Of a DNA stretch of 64,000 bases, positions 24,960 through 37,278 are shown in pieces. Under the pieces are notes generated by a model. The model saw nothing but the letters and a program-made list of their open reading frames with translations. It searched no databases and was not told where the DNA came from. The position numbers and the translations under genes are program-made. This DNA is from Mobula birostris (Eukaryota): the NCBI RefSeq assembly GCF_030028105.1, contig NC_092374.1:174988057-175052056 (forward strand), in the 5' to 3' direction. How positions within the stretch are numbered: position 1 is the stretch's first letter; every line of letters begins with the position of its first letter.

Positions 24960-27900
24960 GCGCCTTCTTCAACTCACCACTAGCAATGAATTTCAAATAC
25001 CAACACTCTCTGTGTAAATACAACAGATTTCCTGTAAAGCTGCTGCCTCTTACCTTAATTCTGACCCCAAGTTTTCATACCCCTATGAAAAGGATTTTGA
25101 TTTTCTATCCTATCTATGGCTCTTATCTTACATATCAGGTCACCTCTTGGCCTCCAATGGTATGCTGAGCAGCCATGTTCACAGTAGCCCGACCACTGTC
25201 TTATGCATTTCCATTATAGGGAGAATGAGATCTTCTTTACCTTCCCCATCTAGGATAATCCGAAAATTATCCGTACATCAAGAACAAAGGGCTAATTGGG
25301 GAGAGCAGATGTCCCTGAAGGATCAGTGTGGTTGTATATATGGGGAGCCAGAGGTCTCAAATAAATACTTCACATCTCCACTTAACTGGGGAGAAGGTCA
25401 GGTCCATGCTGGGGAACTCAGGAAAGACTACAGAGACATCCTGAAACATTTCAATATTACAAATGAGGTGTTGGTGTTCTTGAGGTGCATAAAAATGGAT
25501 AAATCCATGGGTCTGAATGAGAGTATCCGAGGATATTATAGGAATGAAGGCAGAAATTGGTAGGGCCCTGGGAGATCAGTTTCTTCAATAGACAAGGGTA
25601 TGGTACCAGAAGATTGGAAGATACCTGATGTTATCCTTTTATGCAAGAAAGATTGCATGGGCAAGCTGGGAACTACAGGCTGTTGAGCCTAATGTTAGTG
25701 TGGGAAAATGTACCAGATGGGATTCCGAGAAACTGGATCTACCTGTATTTGGAAAGGCAAGGGCTGTGAAACTGTTTCTCACAAATCTGACTGAAGTCTT
25801 TGGAGAGGGGACCAAGAGGATTGACAAGGGATTGGCAGTAGATGTTGCCAACATGGACTCCAGAAAGGCTTTTGATAACGTCCTACATGGTGGACAGGTC
25901 CAGAAAGTGAGAACATATGGGATCCAGGGTAAGCTAGCCAAATCAATATCAGTGGGACGAGTCAGAGTGTTGTCCTTTCATTTAGTTTTTGTCAGTAGCT
26001 TCCCTACTACTGCCCTGTACTTACCAGGACTTTCCCTTTTACCACAAAAGAACAATTATTCAAGATCACAGTTCATAAAGATCATTATCAGGCCCTATCA
26101 ATCTTATCTCTTGCGCCTCTCAATAACCTGGGTATATCCCAACAGGCCCTATGGACTTATCCACTTTCATGTGCTTCAAAGACCTTACATGACCTCTTTC
26201 TTTAGAAGCCCAGCTTCTTAGCATGTTGCACACTGACCTCATCGTGTTGGGTGCCACGGTAGTGGAGCAGTTAGTGTGACATTATCACAGCTCAGGGCAT
26301 CAGATTTCGGGCTTCAGTTCTAGCGTCTTCCTCAAGGAGTTTGTACTCCCTCCCCAGAGCATGCCTGGGTTTTCTCCGGGTACTCCAGTTTCATCCTACA
26401 GTCCAAAGATGTGCCAGTTAGTTGGTTAATTGGTCATTTTCAATTGATCTGTGATTAGGACTAGGCTAAAATTTAAATGGGGGTTGCTGGCAGTTTGGCT
26501 CGAAAGGCTGGAAGGGCTTGTCCTCTAAATAAATAAATAGACAGACAGGCATTGAAGAAGGTAACCAAACAGACAGCCTGTGCAGAGGATTGTCAAAAAT
26601 TACAGAGGGATCTTAGCCAGTGGTGTAAATGGTTCATGCAATGACAAATTAGTTCAGATAAGTATGAGGTTCCGCAATTTAGGAAATCAAATCCCGGCAT
26701 GACTTTCAAGGTGAATGGTTGGGAGTGTTGTCGAAGAGGTACCAGGGTCTTCAACTACAAAGTTCTCTGAAAGTGGCATCACAGGTAGATAGGGCGGCAA
26801 AGAAGGGTTTTGGCAAGTTCACCTTCATCAGTCAAGGCACTGAGTATGGAAATTGATTTATTATTTCTGGGACATTGGAGCAGTTTCATTTGGAGTATTG
26901 TGATCTGTTTTGGTCAGTCTGTTTCAGGAAAGAAGCCATTAAGTTGTAATGCACCAGAAGTGAGTTATGAGCATGTTCCTTGGGCTGGAAGGACTGTTAT
27001 GGAGAGTGGTTGAGTGGCTTGGGAGTTTTGTCATTGGAGATTAGGAGAATGAGGGATGATCTTGTCAAAGTGTGTAATGAACAGGATAGAGAATTGGTGG
27101 ATGCTGTGTACATGAATTTTCAGAAGACCATTGGCAAGGTGCCTCACACGAGGCTGTTTAACAAGGGACCATGGTATTACAGGAAAGATATCGCATGAAT
27201 CGCGCATTGGCTGATTGGCAGGAAGCTAGAAGTGGTAATAATAGAAGCCTTTTCTGTTTGGCTGCTGGTGACTAGTGCTGTCTGCAGGAGCTGGTGTTGG
27301 GAGCGCGTCTCTTTACCTTGTATGTCAATGATGTGCATGATGGAATTGATGGCTTTATGGCGCAGGTTGAGGATGACACAAAGATAGGTGGAGGGACAGG
27401 TAGTGGTGAGGAAGCAAGGGGTCGGCAGAAGCACTAGGCAGATTACGAGAAGGGACAAAGAAGTAGCGGATGGAATGCAGTGTTGGGAATTGTATGGTCA
27501 TGGATTTTGGTAGAAGGAGTAAAGGCATAGAATATTTTCTAAATGGAGAGAAAATTCACAAGTCTGAGGTGCAAAGGGATTCGGGAGTTCTTGTGCAGGA
27601 TTTCGTGGAAGGGAAATGCGATGTTAGCATTCATTTCGAGAGTACTAGAATATAAAAGCAAGGATGCTAAGGATGTTTAGAAAGTTAAGGCTTTCTAATG
27701 CACTGGTGAGGTCTCACTTGGAGAGTTGTGAGCAGTTCTGAGCCCCTTATTTAGGACAGGGTGTGCTGACATTGAAAAGGATTCAGAGGAGGTTCATGAG
27801 AATGATTCCGGGAATAATATCGTATGAGGAGTGACTGATGGCTCTGGGCTTGTGCTCGCCAGAATTTAGAAGAATGAGGAAGGATCTCATTGAAACCTTG

Positions 27901-28163
27901 AATGTTAAGATGGCGGTGCCTGCTCAATGGGCTGAATAGCTCATTGTGCTTCTATGCCTTCTGTTCTTATGGTAACATCTTGAGGGTGAATGCTCACAAT
28001 CTTTTTCCTAGTGTTGGGTGATCAAGACTTGTGGGAAAAGGTTTAAGGTGAAGGGAAGATAAGTTAACAAAGGGAAGCTTCTGCACCCAATGTGTGGCTC
28101 ATCTTTGCCAGAGAAGGTTCCAGATTAAGTGGTTGAGTCAGGTACATTAACAACATTTAAAAG
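24960..28163 (+). mobile_element. Multiple decayed CR1 LINE fragments (intron 1 of gene A)
   Basis: LFLTNLTEVF..T..IDKGLAVDVANMDSRKAFDNV; VDAVYMNFQKTIGKVPH. Confidence 0.65.
26245..26470 (+). mobile_element. tRNA-derived V-SINE-like element
   Basis: tRNA-like head followed by the gggttttctccgggtactccagtttcatcctacagtccaaagatgtgc V-domain-like core. Confidence 0.6.
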
Positions 28164-31100
28164 CTGCACACACAAAATGCTGGAAGAATTCAGCAGGCCA
28201 GGCAGCATCTATGGAAAAGAGTACAGTTGACGTGTCAGGCCGAAATACTTCTGCGGGACTGGAGGGAAAAAAAGCTCAGGAGTAGATTTGAAAGGTGTGG
28301 AGGGGGGGCGGTGGAGAGAAGCACCAGCTGATAGATGAAATCTGGAGGGCTGGGGGGGGGGAATGAAGTAAAGAGCTGTGAAGTTGGTTGGTGAAAGAGA
28401 CAGAAGAACATGGAAGAAAGAAAAAGGGTGAAGGACACCAGAGGGAGGCGATGGGTGGGTATGGAGACGAGGTGAGAGAGGGAAATGGAGATGGGAAATA
28501 GAGAAGGGGGGTTGGGGGCATTACTGGAAGTTCAAGAAATTGACCTTCATACCATCAGGTTGGAGGCTACCCAAACGGAATACAAGGTGTTGTTCCTCCA
28601 GCCTAAGTGTGGCCTCATCACGACAATGGAGGAGGCCATGGAGGGACATATTGGAGTAGGAATGGGAAGTGAAATTAAAATGGGTGGCCACTGGGAGATC
28701 CCGCTTGTTCTAGCGGATGGAGCATAGAAGCTCGGCGAAGCAGTCTTCCAATCTATGTTGTGTCTCACCGAAATACAGGAGGCCACACCGGTAGCACCGA
28801 ACGCAGCAAATGACCTCAACAAACTCACAGGTGAAGTGTCGCCTCACCTGGAAGTACTGTTTAGGGCCCTGGATAGTAGTGAGGGAGGAGGTATAGGGGC
28901 AGGTGTAGCACTTGTTTGGCTTGCAAGGATGAGTGCCAGGAGGGAGATCAGTGGGGAGGGATGAATGGATGAGGGAGTCATGCAGGAAGCGGAAAGTCAG
29001 GGGGGGGGGGAAATGTGCTTGGTGGTGCGATTCCGTTGGAGGTGGCGGAAGTTTTGGAGAATTATGTGCTGGATGCGGAGACTGGTGGGATGGTAGCTGA
29101 GGATAACAGGAACCCTATCCCAGGTAGGGTGGCCAGAGGAGGGAGGTTGGGGTAAGAGCAGACGTGCATGAAATGGAAGAGATGCCATTGAGGGCAGCAT
29201 TGATGGTGGAGGAATGGAAACCCCTTTCTTTGAAAAAGGATGACATCTCTTTCATTCTAGAATGAAAAGCATCATCCTGAGAGCAGATGCAGTGCAGGTG
29301 GGTAAATTGAGAAAAGGGGATGGCATTTTTACAAGTAGTAGCATGGGATGGGGTGTAGGCTAAGTGGCTGTGAGAGTCCATGGATTTGTAATAGACATCA
29401 GTAGATAAGCTGTCCCCAGAAATAGAGACAAAGAGATTGATAAAGGGAAGGGAGGTGTTGGAAATGGACCAGGCGAATTTAAGGGCAAGGTGGAAGTTGG
29501 AGGCAAAGTGGATGAAGTTGGCGAACTCTGCACGGCTGCAGGAAGCAGCACCAAAGCAGTCGTCGATGTTGCATAGGGAAAATGGGGGGCAGCCACCGGT
29601 GTCGGCTTGGAACATAGACCATTCCATGTAGCCAACAAAAAAGGCAGGCACAGCTGGGACCCATGCAAGTGCCCATGGCTACACCTTTTGCTTGAGGGAA
29701 GTGGGAGGAGCCAAAGGAGAAATTATTTAGAGTGGGGACAAGTTCCACTAAGTAGAGGAGAGTGGTGGTGTAGGGGAACTGGTTAGGTCTGATGTCCAGA
29801 AAAAACAGAGAGGTTCGAGGCCTTCCTGGTGGGGATGGAGGTGTATAGGGACTGGATATCCATAGTAAAAATAAGATGATGAGGGCGGGGAACTTGAAAT
29901 CCTTGAATAGATCAAGAGCGTGTGAGGTGTCACAGATGTAGGCGGGAAGGGACTAAACTGGGGGGATAAAACAGAATCGAGGTATGCAGATATGAGTTCA
30001 GTGGGGCAGGTACAAGCTGAAACAATGGGTCTACCTGGACAAACAGGTTTGTGGATCTTGGGTAAGAAGTAGAAACGGGAGGTGTGGGGTGCAGGAACTA
30101 TGAAGTTGGTGGCGGTGGGTGGGAGATCCCCAGAGTCAATAAGGTTGGTGATGGTGTGGGAGACAATGGCTTGGTTTTCCTTAGTGGGGTTCTGTTTGAG
30201 GGTAAGTAAGAGGTGTCTAAGAGTTGGCTCTGGACCTCAGCAAAGTAGAGGTCAGTACGTCAGACTACTACAGCGCCTCCCTTATCTGCGGGTTTGATGG
30301 TGAGGTTAGGATTAGAGCGAAGGGAGTGGAGAGCCGATCGTTCGGAAGAAATTGGGTTGGAATAGGAGAGAGGAGTATTAAAGTCTAGACAGCTAATATC
30401 ATGTCAACAGTTGGCAATGAAAAGGTCCAGAGCAGGTAGAAGACCAAGGTGGGGCATAAAGGAAGAGGAGAATGGTTGAAGATGGGAGAAGGGGTCATTG
30501 GTGCGTGGTGGAGATTCCTTGCCAAAGAAATAGGCTCGGAGATGGGGATGGCAGAAGAAGAGCTTAGCGTTGTGGCGGGTGTGGAACTCACTGAGTCGTG
30601 GGCACAGGGGGACAAAGCTGAGGCCCTTACTGAGGACAGAACATTCTGCCTCAGAGAGGGGGAGGTCAGAGGGAATGGTAAAGACCCGGCACGGATGGGA
30701 GCTGGGATCAGAGGTGGTTGGGGGTTGATAGTGTCTGAGGGGAAAGGAGGTTTGGGGTGTTCGGGATGGTGGAGGGAGAAAAGAGGGAGTCTCTGAGAGC
30801 CCAAGAGCTGGCGGTGGGATCTGAAAGAAACGGGATTGAGGAATGGCAGTGGGGGAGGGGGAGATGGGGGTGCCAGCAGCAGCTCCTGAAGACCCAGCAT
30901 GGAGGTCAAGGCCGGGGTTGGAGTTGCAGGTTGCACAATAGGCACTTTGGTGATGTCTGAGGTCATTGGAACCTGCACTCATGGTGGTGGAGTCCGGGTT
31001 TTGAATCTGCTCTGGATAGTTAGAGCCGTTGAGATCAGCAGCAGAGATCGCGGTCTGGAGGCGTCTGGGCCTGCTGGCGTAGGAGTCAATAGGTTTGGTG

Positions 31101-31909
31101 GTCTGTAGACGGGTGATCTTCCAATCCTTGCAGGACGTGAGAAAGTCGAAGAACCGGCGATTGAGAATCCCATTGAGCATCCTTGCAAGCGGAACAAGTG
31201 CTACACCTGCCCCTACACCTCCTCCCTCACTACCATTCAGGGCCCTAAACAGTCCTTCCAGGTGAGGCAACACTTCACCTGTGAGTCTGTTGGGATCATA
31301 TACTGTGTCCGGTGCTCCCGGTGTGGCCTCCTGTATATCAGTGAGACCCAATGTAGATTGGGAGACCGCTTTGCCAAGCATCTACTCTCCGTCCACCAGA
31401 ACAAGTGGGATCTCCCAGCGGCCACCCATTTTAATTCCACTGTTGTGATGAGGCCATATTTAGGTTAGAGGAACAGGTCGGTTATCCTCCAACCTGATGG
31501 CATGAACGTCGATTTCTCAAACTTCCAGTAATGTCCAACATCCCGCATCCCATCCCAACCATTTCCCATCCCCTTTTCCCTCTCTTATCTCATCTCCATG
31601 CCCACCCATCACCTCCCTCTGGTGTTCCTTCCCCCTTTTTCTTTCTTCGGTGGGCTTCTGTCTCTTTCACCAACCATCTTCCCAGGTCTTTACTTCATCC
31701 CTCCCACCCAAGTGTCACCTATCACCTGGTGTTCCTCTCCCCCGTCTCCCCACCTATGAAATCTACTCCTCAGCTTTTTTTTCTCCAGTCCTGCCGAAAG
31801 GTCCAAAGTACTTTTTCCACAGATGCTGCCTGGCCCGCTGAGTTCCTCCAGCATTTTGTGTGTGTTGCTCGGATTTCCAGCATCTGCGGGTCTCCTCTTG
31901 TTCGTAATT
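28164..31909 (-). mobile_element. Penelope-like element (RT plus GIY-YIG) with an inverted 3' copy at its 5' end
   Basis: KGVAMGTCMGPS.ACLF.G, .IDDC, SHPATTCKNAIPFSQF. The plus-strand copy at ~31170-31870 reads GIIYCVRCSRCGLLYI.ET..RLGDRFA.H. TSD taac/taacatttaaaag at 28148-28163 and 31910-31925 (1 mismatch). Confidence 0.85.
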
Positions 31910-32289
31910 TAATAACATTTAAAAGGTACTTTGATAGGTACATGGATAGGAAACAATCAAAGATCAATCTTGGCAGTTGTTTCTTTGGGAAATCAGTATC
32001 CAACATGGTATACTTGTTGAGAGGGCATTGATCTCTGAGTATTCCAGATACCACGTACCCGTCCTTACCGCCCTACCTGGTGGTTACCCACCTTCTCTTT
32101 CTGGGCCTGCAACGTGACCAGATCACTAGGTGAACCTTCTACCAGATTCTCTGCATCACAGTGAGTCCAGCAACCCTGTGTGGCCAGCGATGAGCTGTGG
32201 CTGGAGGCACATCCCGCAACAGTAGTTAATGAGGTGTGGAAATGTCTCTATACTCCCATATCCTGCAGACGCGACAGACCAATGTCCTC

Positions 32290-32483
32290 ATCTCGAATTC
32301 TTTTATCCCCAGTCTTTTCTACGTGCAGAGAAAATAGTTGCCTGCATGTGAGAGGAAATTGGAGCTCCGAGATGAAATCCACACATTCATGTGCAGAATG
32401 TACAAACTCCTTGCAGAGTTTAGCTGGAATTGAACCCAGATCCTTGCCACTACAAGGTGCTATGCTAACCACTACATTACTGT
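32290..32483 (-). mobile_element. tRNA-derived V-SINE-like element
   Basis: Minus-strand A box tagtggttag, B box ggttcaattcc, then a V-domain-like core. Confidence 0.6.
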
Positions 32484-33347
32484 GCAATCCCTTCACTAAA
32501 GGCCAAATGTTATCTCACAGAATGGCCTCTCCCTCTTTTCCTGCCCTTCCTATCACTTTCCTCCACCAGTGATCCCACAAATTCCTCCTGTCCCACTGTT
32601 GCCTCTGGTTCTGTCGACTGAGCGACGTCCTGACCATCAATGGAGAATGTGTCGGACAGTTAGATCCTGTCTCTGCTTTGAATGTGGTTTTCCAGAGACA
32701 GCGGCATATGGGACAGAGGTCACCCTCTTGTGGGAGGTGTAATAGCCTCCCCCCGTCTTCGGACACCCTGGCAGTAACCCCAGGAACACCTCTCAGTACC
32801 CAGGAGTCACTGTGGGTCAGAGGTGAAGTGAGAAGCACTCTACAGGAGCTGGAAGAGTGCTGCTACTGGTGGGGAACTTGGTGCAAGTTCTCAGCTGGTC
32901 TCTCCACTGACAGCAGGGAGAAACTAAACCAGGGAGGGAGCACATACAAGTCCTCACCCCGATTGGGAGTTTTCCCTCCTGCACTGAGCACATCCCTATC
33001 CTCCCAGATCCACTTACCCTGACCTCAGAGAGACACACTGATGATTGAACCCAGTCTGGTCTGGGTGAACATGTCTTGTTTCATAACCCCACTCCATCAC
33101 CGGGTTGGGACACCACAGCTCATGGATATAGGCAGCTCAGCCAGGGATCTGCAGATGTGATCAGGGATTTGGACTCTCACTGTCTTCAGGTGCGGCTGAA
33201 ATGCCCCTTGGGGTGAGGGGGCAGTCCTGATTCTCTGGTTTTAGGACTCTGATTCTCTCAGGGGGTTGGGGGTGAAGCCCAGCATCTTGGAGTCAGGGTG
33301 CTGGTTTCAGGTATAAGTTCTTCTCTGACTCTCTGCTCCGGTTCCAG

Positions 33348-33608
33348 GCTCTCACTCTCTCCGTTATTTCTACACGGCGGTGACCCCGGGGTCGGGGGTC
33401 CCTGAGTTCATTACCGTCAGGTATGTGGATGAGGAGCAGATCAGTTACTACGACAGTGTGTTGAGACAGACGGTTCCCCGTCAGCAGTGGATGGCGGAGA
33501 CTCAGGGACCTGACTACTGGGAGTGGGAGACAAGGATCTCTCAGGGCGATGAGCAGTGGGCCCAGGCCAAAATCCAGACCCTCATGAACCGGACCAACCA
33601 GACGAGTG
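33348..33608 (+). CDS. MHC class I gene A alpha1 exon, cassette 1
   Basis: ttccag|GSHSLRYFYTAVTPGSGVPEFITVRYVDEEQISYYDSVLRQTVPRQQWMAETQGPDYWEWETRISQGDEQWAQAKIQTLMNRTNQTS G|GTGAG; 261 nt, phase 1-1. Confidence 0.93.
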
Positions 33609-33799
33609 GTGAGTGGGGAACCATGCTGCGGGGAGGGGTGGCAGAGGGGAACACACAGTTGTGGGGATTAGGTGGGTGATGGCAGGCATGGTGTTGTGGT
33701 TGGGGGGGGCTGATGGTAGAGATGGTGGGGTGGGGAGGGGTATAGAAGGTGACGGTGGGGTTTGTGGGGTGGTGGAGGTGATGGTAGTGATTGGGTGGG

Positions 33800-34770
33800 G
33801 CATGCAATGGACTGAGGTGGGGGTGCTGGCTGTGACATTAGCGATTGTGGGCTGTGAAGTGAGGGATGGTGGGTGTTAGCCGGGGTGACATTAGGGATTG
33901 TGGGGTGGCAGGAGTGACGTTAGGGCACGTGGGAAAGGTGGCAGGGATGGCATTAGGGATTGGGTGGCGGGGGTGTTGGGCGTTGTTGGGTATGGCAGGG
34001 GTGATGTTAGGGATCTTGGGGTTGGAGGGGTGTTGTTGGGAATTGTGGGGGATAGCAGGGGTGACGTTAGGGATCATGGGGGGTGGTAGAGGTGACGTTA
34101 GGGATTGTGGACTGTGAAGTGAGGGATGGTGGGTGTTAGCAGGGTGACATTGGGGATTGTGGGGTGCAGGGGTGATGTTAGGACATGTGGGAGGGATGGC
34201 AGGGATGACATTAGAGATTGTGGTGGCGGAGTGTTGGGGATTGTTGGGGATGGCAGGGGTGATATTAGGGATTATGGGGGTGTACAGGAGTGACATTAGG
34301 GATTGTGGGGTGGTAGTGGTGACGATAGGACATGTGGGAGGGGTGGCAGGAATTACACTGGGGTTTGGGGTGGCAGGGGCGACCTTAGTGATCAAAGGGA
34401 TGTACGGGGTGACGTTAATGATCATAGGGATGTACAGCGGTGATGCTAGTGATCATGGGGGTGTACAGGGGTGACGTTATTGATCATGGAAGTGTACAGG
34501 GGTAACCTTAGTGATCAGAGGGATGTACAGGGTGACGTTAGTGATCATAGAGTGTGCAGGGGTGACGTTATTGATCATGGGCATGTACAGGGGTGACGTT
34601 CGGGAACATGGGGATGTACAGGGGCGATGTTAGGGAACATGGGAGTGTACAGGGGTGATGTTAGGGAACATGGGAATGTACGGGGTGACGTTAGGGAACA
34701 TGGGAATGTACAGGGGTGATGTTAGTGATCATGGGGGTGTACAGGGGTGACGTTAGTGATCATGGGGGTG
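33800..34770 (+). repeat. G-rich 31-bp minisatellite in the alpha1-alpha2 intron (cassette 1)
   Basis: Unit approximately atgggggtgtacaggggtgacgttagtgatc, grading into diverged G-rich variants. Confidence 0.85.
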
Positions 34771-35535
34771 TGCAGGGGGCTGCGGGAGGGATGGTGGGGG
34801 TGTCGTCAGTGATCTTGCAAGGGGTGGCAGGGGTGATGTTAGGGATTGTGGGGCTGGCAGGGGTGACAGTGGAGATTGTGTGGGGGTGACAGTTGATGGT
34901 AAGTTTTGAGCGGGGGTGGGGGTGAGAGTAGGGGCAGTGTGGGGGTAGGATGTTGACAATAAAGAATGTTTGAGTGAGGGGGTGATGATAGGGAATGTGC
35001 AGGGGTGTGGGAGGTGATGGGGGAGAGTGCGGGTGTGAGGGGGGAGGGAGTGACATTAGGGACCGTATGGGGTGGGGTGTGTTGGGAATTGTAGGGCTGG
35101 TGGGGATGACATAAGGATTTGTGGTGGTGGGATGGCAGGGATTGTGTAGGGTGACAGTGGGGATTTTGGAGATGGTTGTGATGGTAGGTTTTGTCTTGGG
35201 ACTGAAGGTGGGGATCATACAGGGTAGGGTGATGGTAGAGACGGGGCAGGAGTCAGATGCAGTGGTGGGGAGAGAGAGTGACGGTAGGGTGTGGGTGGGG
35301 ACCGTGTTGGAGGTGAGGGGTGACATGGAAGGTGATGGTAGGGATGGGTCAACGGTGGGTTGCGGTGAAGAAGTGACGGTGGGGTCTGTGCAGCGGTGAC
35401 AGTAGGGACTGTGAAGGCTGGGGGAACGTGTGGGTGAATATTGGTTCTGCCTGGGGGAGCGGAAGTAAAAGCCACATCTGCAGGATGGAAAGTTGTCCAC
35501 AGCCCCACAACTCGCCAATGGATGATGTGTTCCAG

Positions 35536-35808
35536 GGATCCACTTTCTCCAGAGGATGTCCGGCTGTGAGCTCCGTGATGACGGGACCTCCACCGGGTTC
35601 CTGCAGTACGGCTGGGACGGGTCAGACTTCATCACCTTCGACAAGGACCGGATGGTGTGGGTGACCCCTGTGCCCTGGGGTGTCATCACCAAGGACAAGT
35701 GGGATCGGGACACGGCCATGAACCAGGGTTGGAAGGGATACCTGGAGCAGACCTGCATCGAATGGCTGACGAAATACGTCAAGGCTGGGGGTAGTCACCT
35801 GAAACCCA
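35536..35808 (+). CDS. MHC class I gene A alpha2 exon, cassette 1
   Basis: GIHFLQRMSGCELRDDGTSTGFLQYGWDGSDFITFDKDRMVWVTPVPWGVITKDKWDRDTAMNQGWKGYLEQTCIEWLTKYVKAGGSHLKP; 273 nt, AG/GT flanked. Confidence 0.95.
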
Positions 35809-36007
35809 GTGAGTGCATGGGGTGGGGTCAATGTGTGTGCCAGGGAGTGGAAGTCAGTGTCTGCAACCCCCATCTCCACCCTCCCCTGCCCACCCCTTCC
35901 CACCTTCACTGCCCCCGTCACCTCCTCTGCAACACCCCCCACGCAGTCTCCTCTTCCCATCACCTTCCTACCTCCACTCAATGCTTCCTCTTTCTCTCCC
36001 ACCCCAG

Positions 36008-36271
36008 ATCCCCCCGAAGTCTCGTTCACCGCCTCCGAGGACGGCCGCCACCTCTCCTGTGTGGCCACTGGATTCTACCCTCAGTCCATCGACATGACTA
36101 TTCTGCGGGACGGCCGGATCCTGGAGGAGACCCATTCCCACGGGATCCTCCCCAATCACGACAACACCTACCAGCTGACCAGGACGGTGCGGGTGGAGCC
36201 CACGGACACAATAAAGTTCTCCTGTCGGGTGGAACACCGGAGTCTCTCCGAGCCCCTCGTCCTGTTCCTCG
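36008..36271 (+). CDS. MHC class I gene A alpha3 (C1-set Ig) exon, cassette 1
   Basis: PPEVSFTASEDGRHLSCVATGFYPQSIDMTILRDG..ILPNHDNTYQL..FSCRVEHRSLSEPLVLFL G|GTAAG; 264 nt. Confidence 0.95.
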
Positions 36272-37278
36272 GTAAGAAACACCACTGGTTGTGCGGTACA
36301 TGGGCGTCCAGTGTCGCCCATCTTCACCCCACCATTCCCCACCACGTTTCCTTCTCGCATTATAACAGTATCCGTGTTGTCTCGGCCTCTCTCTGTAGGG
36401 TCATGGAGAAGAACTGTATAGTACAGTATTGGCCCTTTGGCCCACAAAGTTGTGCCGACCTCTTAACCCACTCCACGGTCAATCTAACACATCCCTCTCA
36501 CAAATTGTCCATTTTTCTTTCATCCATGTGCCTAACTAAGAGTCTCTGATCTGTCCTTAATGTGTCAGTCTCCATCACGACCACAGCAGTGTTCTATGCT
36601 CTCCTCTGACATCGCCCCGACACTTTCTGCAATCACCTTAAAAAGATGTTCTTTGGTATTAGGCGTTGCTTCTTGGTTAAGGCAAAAGCTGGTTGTCCAC
36701 ATTATCTGTGCCTCTTATCGTCTCATAGACTAACTGTCACTTTGTGCTCTACTTTCCCCCAGTGCAAGAGTCAGCGGGTCAGACTGTATGGAATTAGTTC
36801 CTTCGGCCTGACCTCAGTTCTCAGCTGGTCTCTCCGCTGACAGCAGGGAGAAACTTAACCAGGGAGGGAGCACAGACGAGTCCTCACCCCGTTTGGGAGT
36901 TTTCCCACCTGCTCTGAGCACATCCCTATCCTCACAGAGCCACTTACCCTGACCTCAGAGAGACACACTGATGATTGAACCCAGTCTGGTCTGGGTGAAC
37001 ATGTCTTGTTTCATAACCCCGCTCCATCACCAGGTTGGGACACCACAGCTCATGGATATAGGCAGCTCAGCCAGGGATCTGCAGATGTGACCAGGGATTT
37101 GGACTCTCACTGTCTTCAGGTGCGGTTCAAATGCCCCTTGGGGTGAGCGGTCAGTCCTGATTCTCTGGTTTTAGGACTCTGATTCTCTCAGGGGGTTGGG
37201 GATGAAGCCCAGCATCTTGGGTCTCAGGGTCCTGGTTTCAGGTATAAGTTATTCTCTGACTCTCAGATCCAGTTTCAG

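Noticed and set aside
26245-26330. tRNA gene candidates (also ~32410-32483)
   Set aside because: A/B boxes run into a SINE core and no full cloverleaf is visible.
30404-31381. 325-aa minus-strand ORF
   Set aside because: A chimera of the antisense inverted Penelope arm and the degenerate Penelope N-terminus, not a host gene.
35556-36549. Continuous ORFs through the alpha2-alpha3 intron and past alpha3 (239, 246 and 336 aa)
   Set aside because: Read-through of introns. Canonical splice sites match gene B. The 336-aa frame in cassette 3 arises from a 24-bp intronic duplication and lacks alpha1.
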